A stretch of 64,000 nt of DNA from Octopus bimaculoides. Taxonomy: Eukaryota. Position 1 is the first letter of the stretch, and every line of letters begins with the position of its first letter. The notes beneath the pieces were generated by a model that saw only the letters and a list, made by a program, of their open reading frames with translations, did not search any database and was not told where the DNA came from. The stretch covers positions 89,356,997 to 89,420,996 of the forward strand of contig NC_068982.1 in NCBI RefSeq assembly GCF_001194135.2, given 5' to 3'. The position numbers were made by a program, and so were the translations under genes. This document shows, piece by piece, positions 37,051 to 50,136 of the stretch.

Positions 37051-37752
37051 TGGTTCGGAGTTCAGTCCCACTGCATGGCTCCTTGAACAAATGTCTACTA
37101 CTTTAACCTCGGGATCAACCAAAGCCTAATCATTTCTTCTTAGGATGTCAAACACCTAGGATCCTTCCTCCACTCCTATTTTCATGCAGTTCTTTAAAAA
37201 ATGAACATCATCCATATTGAGTGCACCAAACTCAATGATTTTTCTGTAGGATTAAATCATGGAAAAATAAAAAGACCATTGAAATATTGAGATAGTAAGT
37301 CATAGAAGGCACCACATTGCAGTTACTTGACCTGCTATAGACTGTTGCCAAATTATGTTAAATTCAGACTAAGGAATTAAGAAAAAGAGAAGGATACACT
37401 GGATGATGTTTACTTGTATAATAAAAGAAAGAATGGGGAGAGAGAGAGGTTCATCACTGGGACACTTTAGATCAGGGATGAAGTAGATCTCTCTGCCCCC
37501 CCCTCTCTCTCTTTTATTATACAAGTAGTGTATCAAGAACTACATCATCCAATGTATTCTCTTTATCTTAAGCCCTTAGTCTGAATTGAACATAATTTGG
37601 CAACAGTTTACAGCAGGTCAAGCAACTACAAAGTGGTGCCTTCTATGGCTTATTATTTCAATTGTTTAATGGTTGATTAAAATATTTGGGAGAAATATTA
37701 AATTTTGACTCTACCAGCAATGGAAGACCATTCAGACTTAGTAAAATACTAA

Positions 37753-37841
37753 AAATAAACGTAAATAACATCAATATAAATACACACAAACACACAAAGA
37801 GTGTGTTTGTGTATTTATATTGATGTTATTTATGTTTATTT
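37753..37841. repeat. Near-perfect ~42-bp inverted repeat (hairpin)
   Basis: aaataaacgtaaataacatcaatataaatacac..aaacacac / gtgtgtttgtgtatttatattgatgttatttatgtttattt. Confidence 0.85.
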
Positions 37842-38173
37842 ACGTGAGGAAAAGAAAATATTTGTGGAAGGGAAACAACTCTTACAAGATACTATCTAAA
37901 CATACTGAGTGTACAAAAGTAGAGTTGATATATTGACTTGCGGTTCAGATATAAATGAAATCTAACGATAAGAGACCAGACAGCCTGATTATTACATAAA
38001 GCAATCTACATTTTTTGTGTCAGAGAGAAGGCTAAGAACATATTTCCTTGTCAATGGTATTCAGATATGCAACAATTAATTTCAAGTTAAACTAATCACT
38101 CAAGGTGGTTAAACTAATCAACTATTAATAGCTTATTTATAAAATAAGAATTCCAATGTGAAGTTATACTTAC

Positions 38174-38249
38174 TTCTAGTTGCTCTATTAACAGCTCCAA
38201 GGAGTGGATAGCTCTTCTCAAGTTCATCAACATTTGACTGGGTGGTTAT
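38174..38249 (-). CDS. Aminopeptidase exon 8 (ITTQSNVDELEKSYPLLGAVNRATR)
   Basis: ttctag / gtaagt, 76 nt; YPLL.AVNRA motif. Confidence 0.93.
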
Positions 38250-39116
38250 CTAGAATATATAGAAAACATATTCATTGGATGAACTGTAAACAAAGAACTT
38301 CATTAAAATTGAGTTACTGTTGATTAATGCATAATTTTATTAAATTTTCACAACAAAATAAGCGGTCTTCATATTTTTATGCATTATAACCGAGTTTATC
38401 AAAATATTTAAGCTACGAAATGTAGAAGTTCAAGTTTGATCACAGAAATACTTGTTTCTAAATGAATAGACTTAACAGCATTGAAAATTGGGAATGAAAG
38501 ACATTTCTTCCATTTTGGCAACACTTGTTTACAGCTACCATGCAAGGCCAAGACAACAAGGCACACACACGGTGTGTGTGTGCATATATATATCTATATA
38601 GATATATTGAGAGACTAATAACCTGGTGTAGAACTCAAGATATGCATGTTTCAGAACGAAGTTTTAGACAAGTGTAGAGCAGTAATAAAATGAAATAACA
38701 AAGGAATAAATGATTATCTTACAAACATCATTAGCTTATAGCCATTTCTGCTGTAAGATATTGCACTTCATATTCAAGGCTCTGATGATGCTAGAAGATA
38801 TTACTGAATCACTCAACTATGAGTCCACTGCATCTTTTATAGCAAAAACAGTTGCAAGCTAATGAAATTCATATGATAATCATTTATTTCTTCGCCATCT
38901 CATTTTCTTACATATGCATGGCTGTCTACATATTTCCAGGTTCAAGTCCCACAACAACACCACATGCTGTTGGTAATTTCTTTTCCTTTTCGATGAAGGA
39001 TTATACTCAAAATGTCAAACTCCCCTTTTTCAGAGCATCAAGCTAATACATTCCTTGCGCATATCTTTTTGTTATCCATTAATTTTATTCGTTTATTTGA
39101 ATTGATTATTTGAATT

Positions 39117-39150
<34 letters not shown>

Positions 39151-39389
39151 GTGTAAGAGTTCCTTTCCATTTCTATCAGCCAAATCTATTCACAAGGCTT
39201 TGATCAATCTGAGGTTAGGTGCCATGCAGTGGTGCTGAGCCCAAAACCATGTGCTTGAGAAGTTTACTTCTTAACCACACACCCATGGATGTATCTATGC
39301 TGAGGAATACAATCAATAATTATCAAAGTCTATCCAATGTTAATAAGCTTGAAATTAGTTGTAAATTTAAGTCTAAATATTGAAATTAC

Positions 39390-39495
39390 CTTAATGTCAG
39401 AATTTGAATGACCCAAGACTTTTTTCACATATTCAGCCACTTTTGGTGCTGCCATCCTCTCTGGGTCAGACCCACCAATGTCTCGAGTGACCACT
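39390..39495 (-). CDS. Aminopeptidase exon 7 (VVTRDIGGSDPERMAAPKVAEYVKKVLGHSNSDIK)
   Basis: ttttag / gtaatt, 106 nt; RDIGGSDPERM motif. Confidence 0.95.
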
Positions 39496-39839
39496 CTAAA
39501 AGTTTAAGAAATTAGAAACAATTCTTTTAAAAACATTTTAGTTTTAATAATTCATTTGACAAAGAAAAACAGAGAGTTTTTATTGAAAAAAAATGCTAAT
39601 TTTTAGTGATTACTTAATATTATGGAACCCAACAGCAGGATGCTCACATATGGAATACATTTGATCATAGGTTGCTTGATTGGGCCTTACCTGAGTTACC
39701 AGGCAACAACAAAATGTAATCTAATAATAATTTTGCTTATTCCTCCATTACTTAAGCTGGTCTATAATGCTTTCACATCATTAGGCAAAGAGCATGAGAA
39801 AGAGGGAGAAAGCAAAAAAAAAACAAAGTAAGGCTACAA

Positions 39840-40235
39840 CTGAGTGAGAGAGAGAGAAAAGAGACAGAAAGAGAGAGAAGGAAATGACAGAAAAGACAGA
39901 GACAGACATAGACAGACAGACAAAAGAGGAGAGGCTGAGAAAAAAAAGAGAAAAGAGAGAGAGGGAGAAAAGAGAGAGAGAGAGAGAAGAGAAAGGAGAG
40001 TGAGAGAAAGGAGAGAGAGTGAGAGAAAGGAGGGAGAGAAGAGAAAAGAGAGAGAAAGGAGAATGAGAGAGAGAAAGGAGAAAGAGAGAGAGAAAGGAGA
40101 AAGAGAGAGAGAAAGGAGAGAGAGAAAGGAGAGAGAGAAAGGAGAGAGAAAGGAAAGAGGGAGAGAAAGAGACAGAAAGGAGAAAGGAGAGAGAAAGAGA
40201 AAGGAAGAGAGAGAGAAAGAGAAAGGAGTGAGAGA
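39840..40235. repeat. Polypurine (AG/GAAAGGA)n tract
   Basis: direct. Confidence 0.9.
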
Positions 40236-40433
40236 TATAATCAAGAACATTCCTGGCAGAAGGGAGAAGATACTAGGTGATAATTTGAGTCTATTTTTTT
40301 CAGCAAGGTTGTAGATGGTCGATTTAGTAGATTTGATTTAAGAAAATGCAAAGATTATGTTGTTGTAAAATGTGAGACTTTAGTAGAATGTAATTTTATC
40401 TATTTATTTCAACCAACTAAAATTATAACATAC

Positions 40434-40558
40434 CTTCCTTCTTCTAAAGCTGTGCATACTAGCAGTTCTTTACTTGCATCAGAAGTGTCTGAGAACCAAA
40501 CTCCAAGTTTTTCGGCTTTAACAGACCTCTCTGGCACATCCTCTCTTATCTCAATTGG
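40434..40558 (-). CDS. Aminopeptidase exon 6 (PIEIREDVPERSVKAEKLGVWFSDTSDASKELLVCTALEEGR)
   Basis: tttttag / gtatgt, 125 nt. Confidence 0.92.
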
Positions 40559-40919
40559 CTAAAAATATGAAATACATACAAAACCATGCAGTCAAACCAA
40601 ACATTCTTTTTTTTTTTTTTTTTTATTGGTAATCTTGTGTATAATAAGGGAGGTGTCAAATGCCAAGATAAGTTTTCAAGCTAAAGCTACAAATGTTGTA
40701 CAACATTTTTAAGTGGTTTCAGTTCCTTTTAAAAAGCTTTTCTATATTCAACTACTTCACCTTCATTTATTTTAGCGAAGATGTCGTTTGGCTGAAGAAA
40801 TTATTTCAGTTAAAAAAAGAAAAAACTCCAGCTAGGTATACATCTTCGTGTTAGAAGTAAAATCGATTATCAGATAAAATCACAACAGAGTACTGTCCCT
40901 TGATCAGATGCTTCCATAG

Positions 40920-41272
40920 TGTTGGCACTCCATCCCTTACGACGTCGAAGGTTCCAGTTGATACGATCAACGGAACAGCCTGCTCGTGAAATTAACGTGT
41001 ACCCTTAATGTAGTTCTCGGGGATATTCAGCGTGACACAGTGTGACAAGGCTGGCCCTTTGAAATACAGGTACAACAGAAACAGGAAGAAAGAGTGAGAG
41101 AAAGTTGTGGTGAAAGAGTACAGCAGGGGTTCGCCACCATTCCCTGCCGGAGCCTCGTGGTGCTTTAGGCGTTTTCGCTCAATAAACACTCACAACGCCC
41201 GGTCTGGGAATCGAAACCGCGATCCTATGACCGCGTGTCCGCTGCCCTAACCACTGGGCCATTGCGCCTCCG
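40920..41272 (-). mobile_element. SINE family 3 copy with internal deletion; approximate
   Basis: homology to 6833-7220. Confidence 0.85.
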
Positions 41273-41384
41273 TTTCCATAGTATATATTTGTCAAACAAC
41301 TAAGAGAACCGCCACACTGTCACGTAACGTCCTGGACATAGCAGCCAAATCGCCTTCAAATTTTAAAAATTTATTCTTTTACTT

Positions 41385-41715
41385 GTTTCAGTCATTTAAC
41401 TGGGGCCATGCTGGAGCACCGCCTTTAGTCGAACAAATCAACCCAGGACTTATTCTTTGTATGCCTAGTACTTATTCTATCGGTCTCTTTTGCCAAACCG
41501 TTAAGTTACAGGGATGTAAACACACCAACATCGGATAGCAAGTGATGGTGGGGACAAACACAGATACACTAACATATACATATATATATACGACAGGCTT
41601 CTTTCAGTTTCCATCTACCAGATCCAATCACAAGGACTTGGTCAGCCCGAGGCTATACTAGAAGACACTTGCCCAAGGTGCTAGAACAATGTGGTTGGCA
41701 AGCAAGCTTCTTATC
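41385..41715 (-). mobile_element. SINE family 1 copy; approximate
   Basis: homology. Confidence 0.75.
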
Positions 41716-42092
41716 ACACAGCCATACCTGTGCCATTAAATTTCATGAGATCTTTAATATATAGTGTATTTGAAGGCCAAAATAATATGCAATAGTCAAA
41801 GCTGAAACTCCTTTTGATGAAATATGTACTTGATCAGAGCTGACATAGATGAAACAACTGCTTCAATGTTGTTATCAACATCAGTGTTTCTGGAGAATAG
41901 GGTGGAATTTTAACCAAGATATCTCAAATATTTACAGTCAAGAAGTAATTATAGTGTAATATAGGTTTGAAAATAACTTGTTAGTAATGGCAATTTCTCG
42001 TTCCATAAAGGATGTATGACAGCTGAACATGGTGCAACAGCCGTCTGCTGTGCAATAGCTACATGTTGTTGTATAAGGTATAAAACATTGAG

Positions 42093-42310
42093 GGCAGCAA
42101 GCTGGCAGAATCGTTAGCACACCGAGTGAAATGCTTAGCAGTATTTCGTCTGCCGTTACGTTCTGAGTTCAAATTCTGCCAAGGTCGACTTTGCCTTTCA
42201 TCCTTTCGGGGTCGATTAAATAAGTACCAGTTACACACTGGGGTCGATGTAACTGACTTAATCCCTTGTTTGTCCACTATGTTTAGCCCCCTGTGGGCAA
42301 TAAAAAAAAA
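42093..42310 (+). mobile_element. SINE family 2 copy; approximate
   Basis: homology. Confidence 0.85.
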
Positions 42311-43973
42311 TAGGTATAAAACATTGAATAATACTTAGTTAAGAACAGTAAGGATAGAAAATGAACACAAAAAACAATTTACTTGATGTATAAAACGAGA
42401 TGGCTAAATTAGAAGTGAGCTGTAGTAATGGTGTCTATGGCAAACAACTGTACATTGAAGAAGCTTTTACATGACCAACTGATCTGCTACAAAAAGCAAC
42501 CACACGACATTGGTTCAGACATAAAAGAAAAAGACATTAAATAATATATGTGCACAATGTTTGAAATAAGATACAACATGGATATGAAAAAGTATGAGGA
42601 TAGAAAAAAAAAAATATTAACATTCTGAACTGAAGAGCCAATGAGTACGCTTCTGTGGTCACTGAATCTTTCAGAAAGGGCTTCAAAAACTCCTAAAATG
42701 ACTCTGTACTATCTTAAAAAGAAATTAAAGAACACATTGGATAATGTAATCCTATATACACTATGTTTGAAAAGAAAAAATGGTCACAGGTCAGCCGGGT
42801 CAAGGTTGGCTTAAGGTTAAATAAGGATTATAGTAATGAGAAACTGTCTGAGAATAAAGCCAATTGAAATAATTTTAGTTGCTCTATTTCAGATAGCTAA
42901 AATAGATCAACACTATACTCATCCTTTAAAACCATCATCTTTGCCTTGATTATTTTTGCAGTAAGGTGACTCCCTTATACATTTTCAAACAGCTTGATAA
43001 CATGCATTCTTTAGCCTATGCAGACTATCATTTACTGCCAGTTGTCAACATATTTCTCTGATATGTTATCAACACTATCATGATCTCAGCACGATCATTA
43101 AGTCAACACCACCTAAGCAGAGATATGAGCTATGATCAAATGCCATGACTATCCTGGGTTGTTTGTTTTTTGTTGTTTTTTTTCCAGTATATCTAGGACT
43201 GGATTATTCAATGTGCCTTTTCCTGTATAAGACGGAAGTTATTTCAAGAAGATTAAATCTTTTGGCTAAGAACAAACTGCAATACTCTGATGTAGGTTGG
43301 ACTTATATCTTTTAGATGGTCAATAAACAGGTTAGAGCTGGGGTACATTTTAGCCCTAATGAAGAAACCTAGCTTTTAGGATATAATCTGAAGGAGGTTA
43401 CATGTAATCGCCATGAAAAGGTCATTTGGGATTGGTAGGAGAGACTTAGCATGTACAACAATTTTGAAGATTTTATTTGAATGCTATTCAAAGATTCGGG
43501 AAGATGTAGTGACTATGTTTAGGTGTTGTCGAAGGAGACTGGATTGTTATATTCTCACTGAAGGACATTATCAAGATTTCTACATTGGTAAAACTGAGTA
43601 CTTCTTCATGGTGCATATATCTTCTCTCCAACTGCTTCCAATTGCCAATATTTTGCTCTTTATGCAGATATCCAACATATTCTACTTTTCTTTTTCAAAA
43701 GGAGTAAAGCACAGAATCTCTTCCAACCCGTTTTTATCCTAGCAAGCGAATTTTACTACTTTTACTACCTTGCACCAATAATATCACATAACCATTTTAC
43801 TGATATCTTTTGAATACCATACATACAGACAATAATATTGCATAACCATGTTGGCATACAAGCAATAATATCACATAACCAAAAGATTCAAGGATTTTTA
43901 ATCTTCGTCATTAATTTTTGGTAACCAGCTTAACGGTATTTTCAAAGAAACAATACAAAGGCAATCTACTTAC

Positions 43974-44082
43974 AACATACAATCCTTGGAGTGCTCCCAG
44001 TATGGTAACTCTGTGAGATTGTTCAAAGCTACCCTTTACAACAGGAACCAACAATGGCTTTTTACACTTCAGTGCTGTAGAC
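43974..44082 (-). CDS. Aminopeptidase exon 5 (STALKCKKPLLVPVVKGSFEQSHRVTILGALQGLYV)
   Basis: tttcaag / gtaagt, 109 nt, phase 2-0. Confidence 0.92.
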
Positions 44083-45249
44083 CTTGAAAGAAAGTTTTTA
44101 AAATTCATTAAATAATCATAGAATATATATTTTAAATTTGATAAGCACTGTATATATTCATTATAATTCTTTGTCCTTGTTTATTCACTGAGTTCAAGTC
44201 CTGCCATGGTCACTTTGCTTTTCATCCTTTGTAAGAGAAGAAAGTATCAATCCAGAACAGTGAACTGGTATCTGTTAAGACTAACAAGGGTGGGAGACAA
44301 TCTGTAGCCTGACTTATTAATACTACCTGGCACATTGGGTACCTTTAACAGTGTCTGGTGTCAGACCTCTACTTTGAATAGATCATCCTCCCATCTTTCC
44401 ATTAGAAAAAAAAAGGCTCTAGAAAGGGTCATGAGCACTGCCTTCCCATTTGATTTAAAAGCTAAATTTAAAGAAACTGACATCTGATCAAATGTATTTT
44501 AGCTGTGACCATCCAACGTTTTGCATATCTAGGATTACAAAGTCCAGTGATGCTTTCTTTAGATGGGAGTAATTTGAAGGAATTTGGCTGCTATTTCTAA
44601 CAGAACAAATGACCCTTATTAGCTCATCTAATATTATGATAATCATAGAGGAGTGAGAATGTGAGTGTAAGGATAAAAGAGGATACAGCTGGAAGGCTCA
44701 CAGGGATGAATAAGGTACAAGCATATACTAGTCTCAAATCAGCTCCAATTACAAATACTTATGATCAAGCTTTCCATACATAATCACCCTGTCTATTCAT
44801 ATATCAAATACAATATTAATACACAAAATCGATTTCTAAAACACACTACAATCATATTAGAGGAGTTAATAAGGAGACCTCTATGTAGTCATTTGTTCTG
44901 TTAGAAACAACAGTTAAATTCCTTCAAATTACTCCCTACCATCCAAAGAAAGGGTCGCTGAACATTGTAACCCTAGATATACAAAACATTGGATGGTTAC
45001 AGCTAAAATAAAAGTGAACTTTGGCTACTATTTCTATATGTAGAGTGACCATAGGGTTCACTTCCTAGCTAGTAGGACACCAGACTATTTAACGTAAAAC
45101 TACATTACTGCTCGTTTGACAATATAGTATTGAGGTTGGATCATCTCAAAGGACCAGAGCATGTGAAATCACTCCAGATCTCTACATGAAGATGTGCCTG
45201 AAGCTTTCCAATAGACAGATGTAATTCAAAACACAACAACTGTAATATA

Positions 45250-45575
45250 CATATTAAGTCATGAATGACCATGAAATTGCACCTAGAAAATTCCTCTCCA
45301 AGGCACAAGTCCAGGCAAGGTTGTTTATGGAAGACCAGCAATCACACATGCATACCAGTCTCCCCTCTCCATGCCACTGACATTATCCCAAGGGAGAGGC
45401 AAAAGCCAATACAGCTTGGGATCAGTGATGCCACAACTCATTTCTACAGCTGATTGAACTGGATTGATGTGAAATAAAGTGTCTAGCTCAAAAACACAAC
45501 ACACAGCTCGGTCTGTGAATCAAACTCATTACCTCATGATTGTGAGCACAACACTAACCACTGAGCTACATAACT
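45250..45575 (-). mobile_element. SINE family 4 copy; approximate
   Basis: reverse homology to 27022-27350. Confidence 0.6.
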
Positions 45576-45777
45576 TAATAAATAAATGATGGTAATGTAC
45601 CCGAATATAGCTACCGCTGGTTAACAGGCTGTAACTAGCAAAAGAATAACTTCAAAAGATTAAATAATGGCACAACCAGCTGTGATAACAGTTAAAAGAT
45701 AAAATAGTTTAGAGGATAAATAACTTTTAGATATCATCTGCATTGGAAAAAAAAGTTAAGTTAGTGTTAACGTTTAA

Positions 45778-45996
45778 CCCTTTAGCATTTAAAATGGCCA
45801 TATCCGGCCTAAATACTCTACTTGCTTTATGTTCAAACTGACCAGATGTGGCATCTCACATCTACCCTACAATGTCATTCTAAAAATGCAACCACATAAT
45901 TAGAATTTATAAGCTACAAGATAATGCATGTTTAATTTTTAAAAAAATTGAATAAATAAGCATTACATTAGATGGAGTAATCTGAATGCTGAAGGG
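45778..45996. mobile_element. piggyBac-type MITE with TTAA TSD
   Basis: TTAA|CCCTTTAGCATT ... AATGCTGAAGGG|TTAA; degenerate relative at ~50665-50860. Confidence 0.75.
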
Positions 45997-46630
45997 TTAA
46001 TGCAAAGAACATTTAAAAAAATAGAAATCCAGCAAGGAATAATGTTTCATTCAGTGAAAATCAATTAGTCATGGATTAATATTTTTAATGATTTCAGCAG
46101 GTACGGGAGACAACTCTCGTGATTGTAATATGACCTTGTCAGGAAAGGTAATTGATCCACAAGATAAGAAAAAAATACCCGGTGGTATTTGTTCAAACAC
46201 TGGAATTGGTTTGATCAATAAATCCCTTTCCCCCAAATTTCTGGCCTTGTGCCTAAATTAGAAATTAAAAGTGCAAGCTGGAAAAATCATTAGGTTGTCA
46301 GGAAAAACATCTTGCAGTAAAGATATATTTTAAGTTCAAATCTACCAAAATCAGCTTTGCCTGTTATCCATCCAGAATCGAAGTAGAAGTACTAGGAACA
46401 ATATGACTCACTAATCCCCTCCCTTCAAAACTGTTGGCCTTGTTCCTAAAATAAAAATTAAATTATAAGTTCATCAGTGAAGCATTGTTTTCACTATGCT
46501 AATAGCTAAAGTAGTACTGAGAGAATCCAAATAATGGAAGCCGATTGACTCAGAACAAGAATTGTTTAGAAAACAAATTGTCCAGAAACAACAGATTACG
46601 TTTACATTGACACAACACTACAACTGCATA

Positions 46631-46798
46631 CGAGGGGTGCCGAAAAGTTCTTGGCTTTGGGTAAAAGAAAATACAAGAGGATTGGTTAATTATGATTTTA
46701 TTCAACATATTCCCCTCTCAGATACGCACATTTACTGCAGCAGTCCTTCAGTTTTTCTAAGCCCTGTAAAAGAACTCGGAACTTTTCAGCAACCCTCA
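46631..46798. mobile_element. Mariner-derived MITE with TA TSD
   Basis: TA|CGAGGGGTGCCGAAAAGTTC ... GAACTTTTCAGCAACCCTCA|TA. Confidence 0.75.
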
Positions 46799-47286
46799 TA
46801 GGAGGAGTACAGTCGATGTGAAGTCATATGGCCAAGTGGTTAGAATGTTGCACTCACAATCACAAGATTATGGTTTCAATTCCAGGACTGGATAAAGAAT
46901 TGTGTTCTTAAGTAAAACACTTCATTTCACATTATTCTGGTCCATTCAGCTGTAAACAAGTAACCATGCAAAGAACTGGCAGTCCATTGAGGGAAAATAT
47001 TGTGATTTTGGTCACTTGTACACCATGGAAACCAGGTGACTGGGCCCTATGAGTCTCAACACTGTCATATCCTAGAGTTGATGGTGATAATATATAGTCA
47101 ATTAGATCAACACCATTATTTGATTCGTCTTTATCTTATCAAGTTTGGAAGGCTTGATCACAAAACTGACCCTGGTATAATTTGAACTTGCAACATAAAG
47201 GGGCATGACTAAATACTGCAAAGCATTATATGGGATACTACCAATTCTGCTTTTCCCCTGCCCTACAAAATAATAAAAAATTTTAC

Positions 47287-47369
47287 TTTTTGATGCCTTT
47301 TTCTGCTGCGTCACTCCATCTCCTCACATCATCATAATCTCTATTAATGGGACCAGTTGGACTCCAGAT
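47287..47369 (-). CDS. Aminopeptidase exon 4 (IWSPTGPINRDYDDVRRWSDAAEKGIKK)
   Basis: ttttag / gtaaaa, 83 nt; TGP..RDYDDVRR motif typical of W07G4.4-like M17 peptidases. Confidence 0.93.
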
Positions 47370-47481
47370 CTAAAAGTAAACATTTTAGAACATATTACAG
47401 GTAAATAGACATTAGAACAATCAAACCAATTACAAAACTACAATTAGCAGTAATTATAACAGCAAAAAAATGACAACTTAC

Positions 47482-47541
47482 TAAACGTTTCGATGGTAAG
47501 GCATTGCAATAAAGAACCGTCAGTTCTTTAAGGTCCCCAAC
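47482..47541 (-). CDS. Aminopeptidase exon 3 (VGDLKELTVLYCNALPSKRL)
   Basis: tttttgcag / gtaagt, 60 nt, phase 0-0. Confidence 0.88.
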
Positions 47542-48257
47542 CTGCAAAAATACAAAAATTAACATTGGATTAAAAATATAATTCTTTAAAAAAAATTTAA
47601 GAAAAAAAACCCATGTCAGGTTGCTTTTATGCTAACAAAAATTAGATGAGACTACAAAGCAAGTTTCCATGTGCCTCAATCTATTTTTTATTAGTTTGAG
47701 ATAGTCATGGCTGGAATGTCTTTTGATCACAAGATTTGCTTGGTCACAACAACAGCTGAACATGTCAAAGATTAGCATTTCGTTCAGTATGTCGCAATCT
47801 TTACAGTGGCTTGGTTTGCTATGAAAGAACGCTCTTCAATTCGAATTTATCACAAACTATGACATTATGGACCAGATATTTTTTTTAGCATGGAACTGGT
47901 ACTAACAGTGTCATTTTTCAGATTTGGAACCTTCTCTAACTTACACCAATTTAAATGAAATCAGAACTATATCAAAGTAACATAGCACACCTATATTAAC
48001 ACACATATATACATCTCACCCTGTCTTTGTGTGCATGTGTGCATGCACACGTGCATACATAAACAGAAAAGTGGATATTTTTTGGTATTTTTTCTCCATT
48101 ATACATCTTTCATTTGCTAATAGGAATTACAAAGATTTACATGTTATATGGACATATAAGAAAAAGCCATGATTTACCCTATTTATATACATATAAGATG
48201 AAAGCTGATTGGTAAAATTATTTTGAGTTAAAAGTAATTTGAAAGATTATAACTTAC

Positions 48258-48393
48258 TTGGCTGTATTCAGTCAAGGTCTCTTTCAACAAACCAGGATTG
48301 CCATCAAGATTGTCTATGCAGTTTGTCACAAGTACAACACAATCAAATCGTGAATCAGCCACATCATTTGTAGACAAGAGATCAGGAGTTAAT
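48258..48393 (-). CDS. Aminopeptidase exon 2 (LTPDLLSTNDVADSRFDCVVLVTNCIDNLDGNPGLLKETLTEYSQ)
   Basis: ttttcag acceptor, gtaagt donor, 136 nt open frame. Confidence 0.9.
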
Positions 48394-49609
48394 CTGAAAA
48401 GTAAAAAAAGGACAAACAGATTTTAAATTTTCATATTAAAAGTGAGAAAATAAAATAGAGTTCAATAGCTGATAGTGAAACCATCTAAGACATTACATTC
48501 CTAAGTGAATGGTTGTGAATAGTACCAGCATAACTAGGTTACAGAGACAATATTTAGGTTATGTTTATAAAAGATATCTAAAACAGATTAACAAATAGTA
48601 TGACCACAGCACTGTGTACAAACATGACTCACTTATACAGCACTCTCTCTCTCTCTCTACAACAAATCAGATCTTTTCAGCCCAAGGATCAGACATGATT
48701 ATATGACTTTGGGACAGATTCTAATACAAAGCACTAAGGCAAGTATTTTTTATAAAAGCCTTGGGTGAATCAAGGTGGAATTTAGTAGACTAACTAGAAG
48801 AAGAAAAATGAAACATAATCAGCAGGACTATTCCAACTTTTTGGTGGTAGACTTAAAACCTCATCCAGTTTTTTTTATCACCGCCTTTCTCTCATGTCCT
48901 TAAGAGAGTCCCATCAGTTAGAAGCTTTCAGACAAAGTCTCCAATCTGAGGATAACTTTTCTCACCCATCTTAGAAACCACAGGAAAAGGTCATGAACAC
49001 TGCAATTCCTCTTCTGAATATGCCATTTAAAACTTACTATCTACAGCTAGGTTGACTGGGCCATTTGGAAGTTAACTACTTTCTCTGACAACACAGTTCT
49101 GGCAGTAACAAAATGCAACTATTGCACCTCTTAGAGGTGGTTTTAAAATACAATGGCACCTGGTCCCTCTTTTGATTAGTTATATACCCAATCAACACAG
49201 CAAGCTCTGATTTTTTTTTTTTTTTTTTAATATTTCAAAATCAATTTAGCAGTTGAAATATTACATTTCTAAATCACTCAGAGAGATTTATACAGTAGCA
49301 GCACGATAAAGTGATGGTATGTTGCCAACTTAATGTGGCAGTCCAATGAAAGGGAAGAATGTTACTGCTATTTAGCCCTAGGAAACACTGTTTCCAGTTG
49401 GCCATGACACATTTTCTGTGTCCTTATGTTTTCAAAGGAGAGATAAGCACCTCCACCCAGCAAAGTCAGCATCAAGAGACTAGTTTCAAAGTCATTGCTC
49501 ATCATCAGTCTGGAGTAGCATGGCTTGCTAGCTGTCAATGCCTATTCGTCTATGAAAACATATAGATTTCAAATGAAATACATTCACTGATTTTGAAAAT
49601 AGAAATATT

Positions 49610-50136
49610 TCACATTATTTGCATTATTTACATTTGACGGATATTTGTCCTCATCTTGTTAGTTGTTAACACAATGTTTCGGCTGATATACCCTCCAGCC
49701 TTCATCAGGTGTCTTGGGGAAATTTTGAAACTAGGTTCTCATTCTTAAGGTATTTTTTGATGTGATTATTATTATTATTATTATTATTAGTATTCAGGTC
49801 ACTGCCTGGAATCAAACTCAGAATCTTGGGGTTAGTAGCCTGCTCTTAACCACTATGCCCTAAGCCCACAGGCATATGGCGTAGTGGTTAAGAGCACTGG
49901 CTACTAACGCCAAGATTCTGAGTTTGATTCCAGGCAATGACCTGAATAACAATAATATCGAAAAATACCTTAGGAATGAGAACTCAGGTTCGGAATTTCC
50001 CCAAGACATTTGATGAAGGCTGAGGGGTATACCAGCTGAAACATTGTGTTAACAACTAACAAGATGAGGACAAATATCCGTCAAATGTAAATAATGCAAA
50101 TAATGTACATAATTCCTCAACTCTTAAATATAGAAC
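49610..50136. mobile_element. Inverted tRNA-headed, hammerhead-bearing retroelement, copy C (most complete centre)
   Basis: two head-to-head tRNA-like heads around ~49860; hammerhead motifs 49668-49713 (-) and ~50005-50050 (+); AGAAATATT flanks both ends. Confidence 0.82.

Noticed and set aside
39834-40314. RE/RK-rich and LS-rich ORFs
   Set aside because: Translations of an AG tract
43413-43742. 109-aa ORF, possible transposon remnant
   Set aside because: No diagnostic motif found on either strand
45141-45195. IWSDFTCSGPLR, resembling exon 4 (IWSPTGP), as a possible duplicated exon
   Set aside because: Only an 11-nt match, in-frame stop, and no donor site
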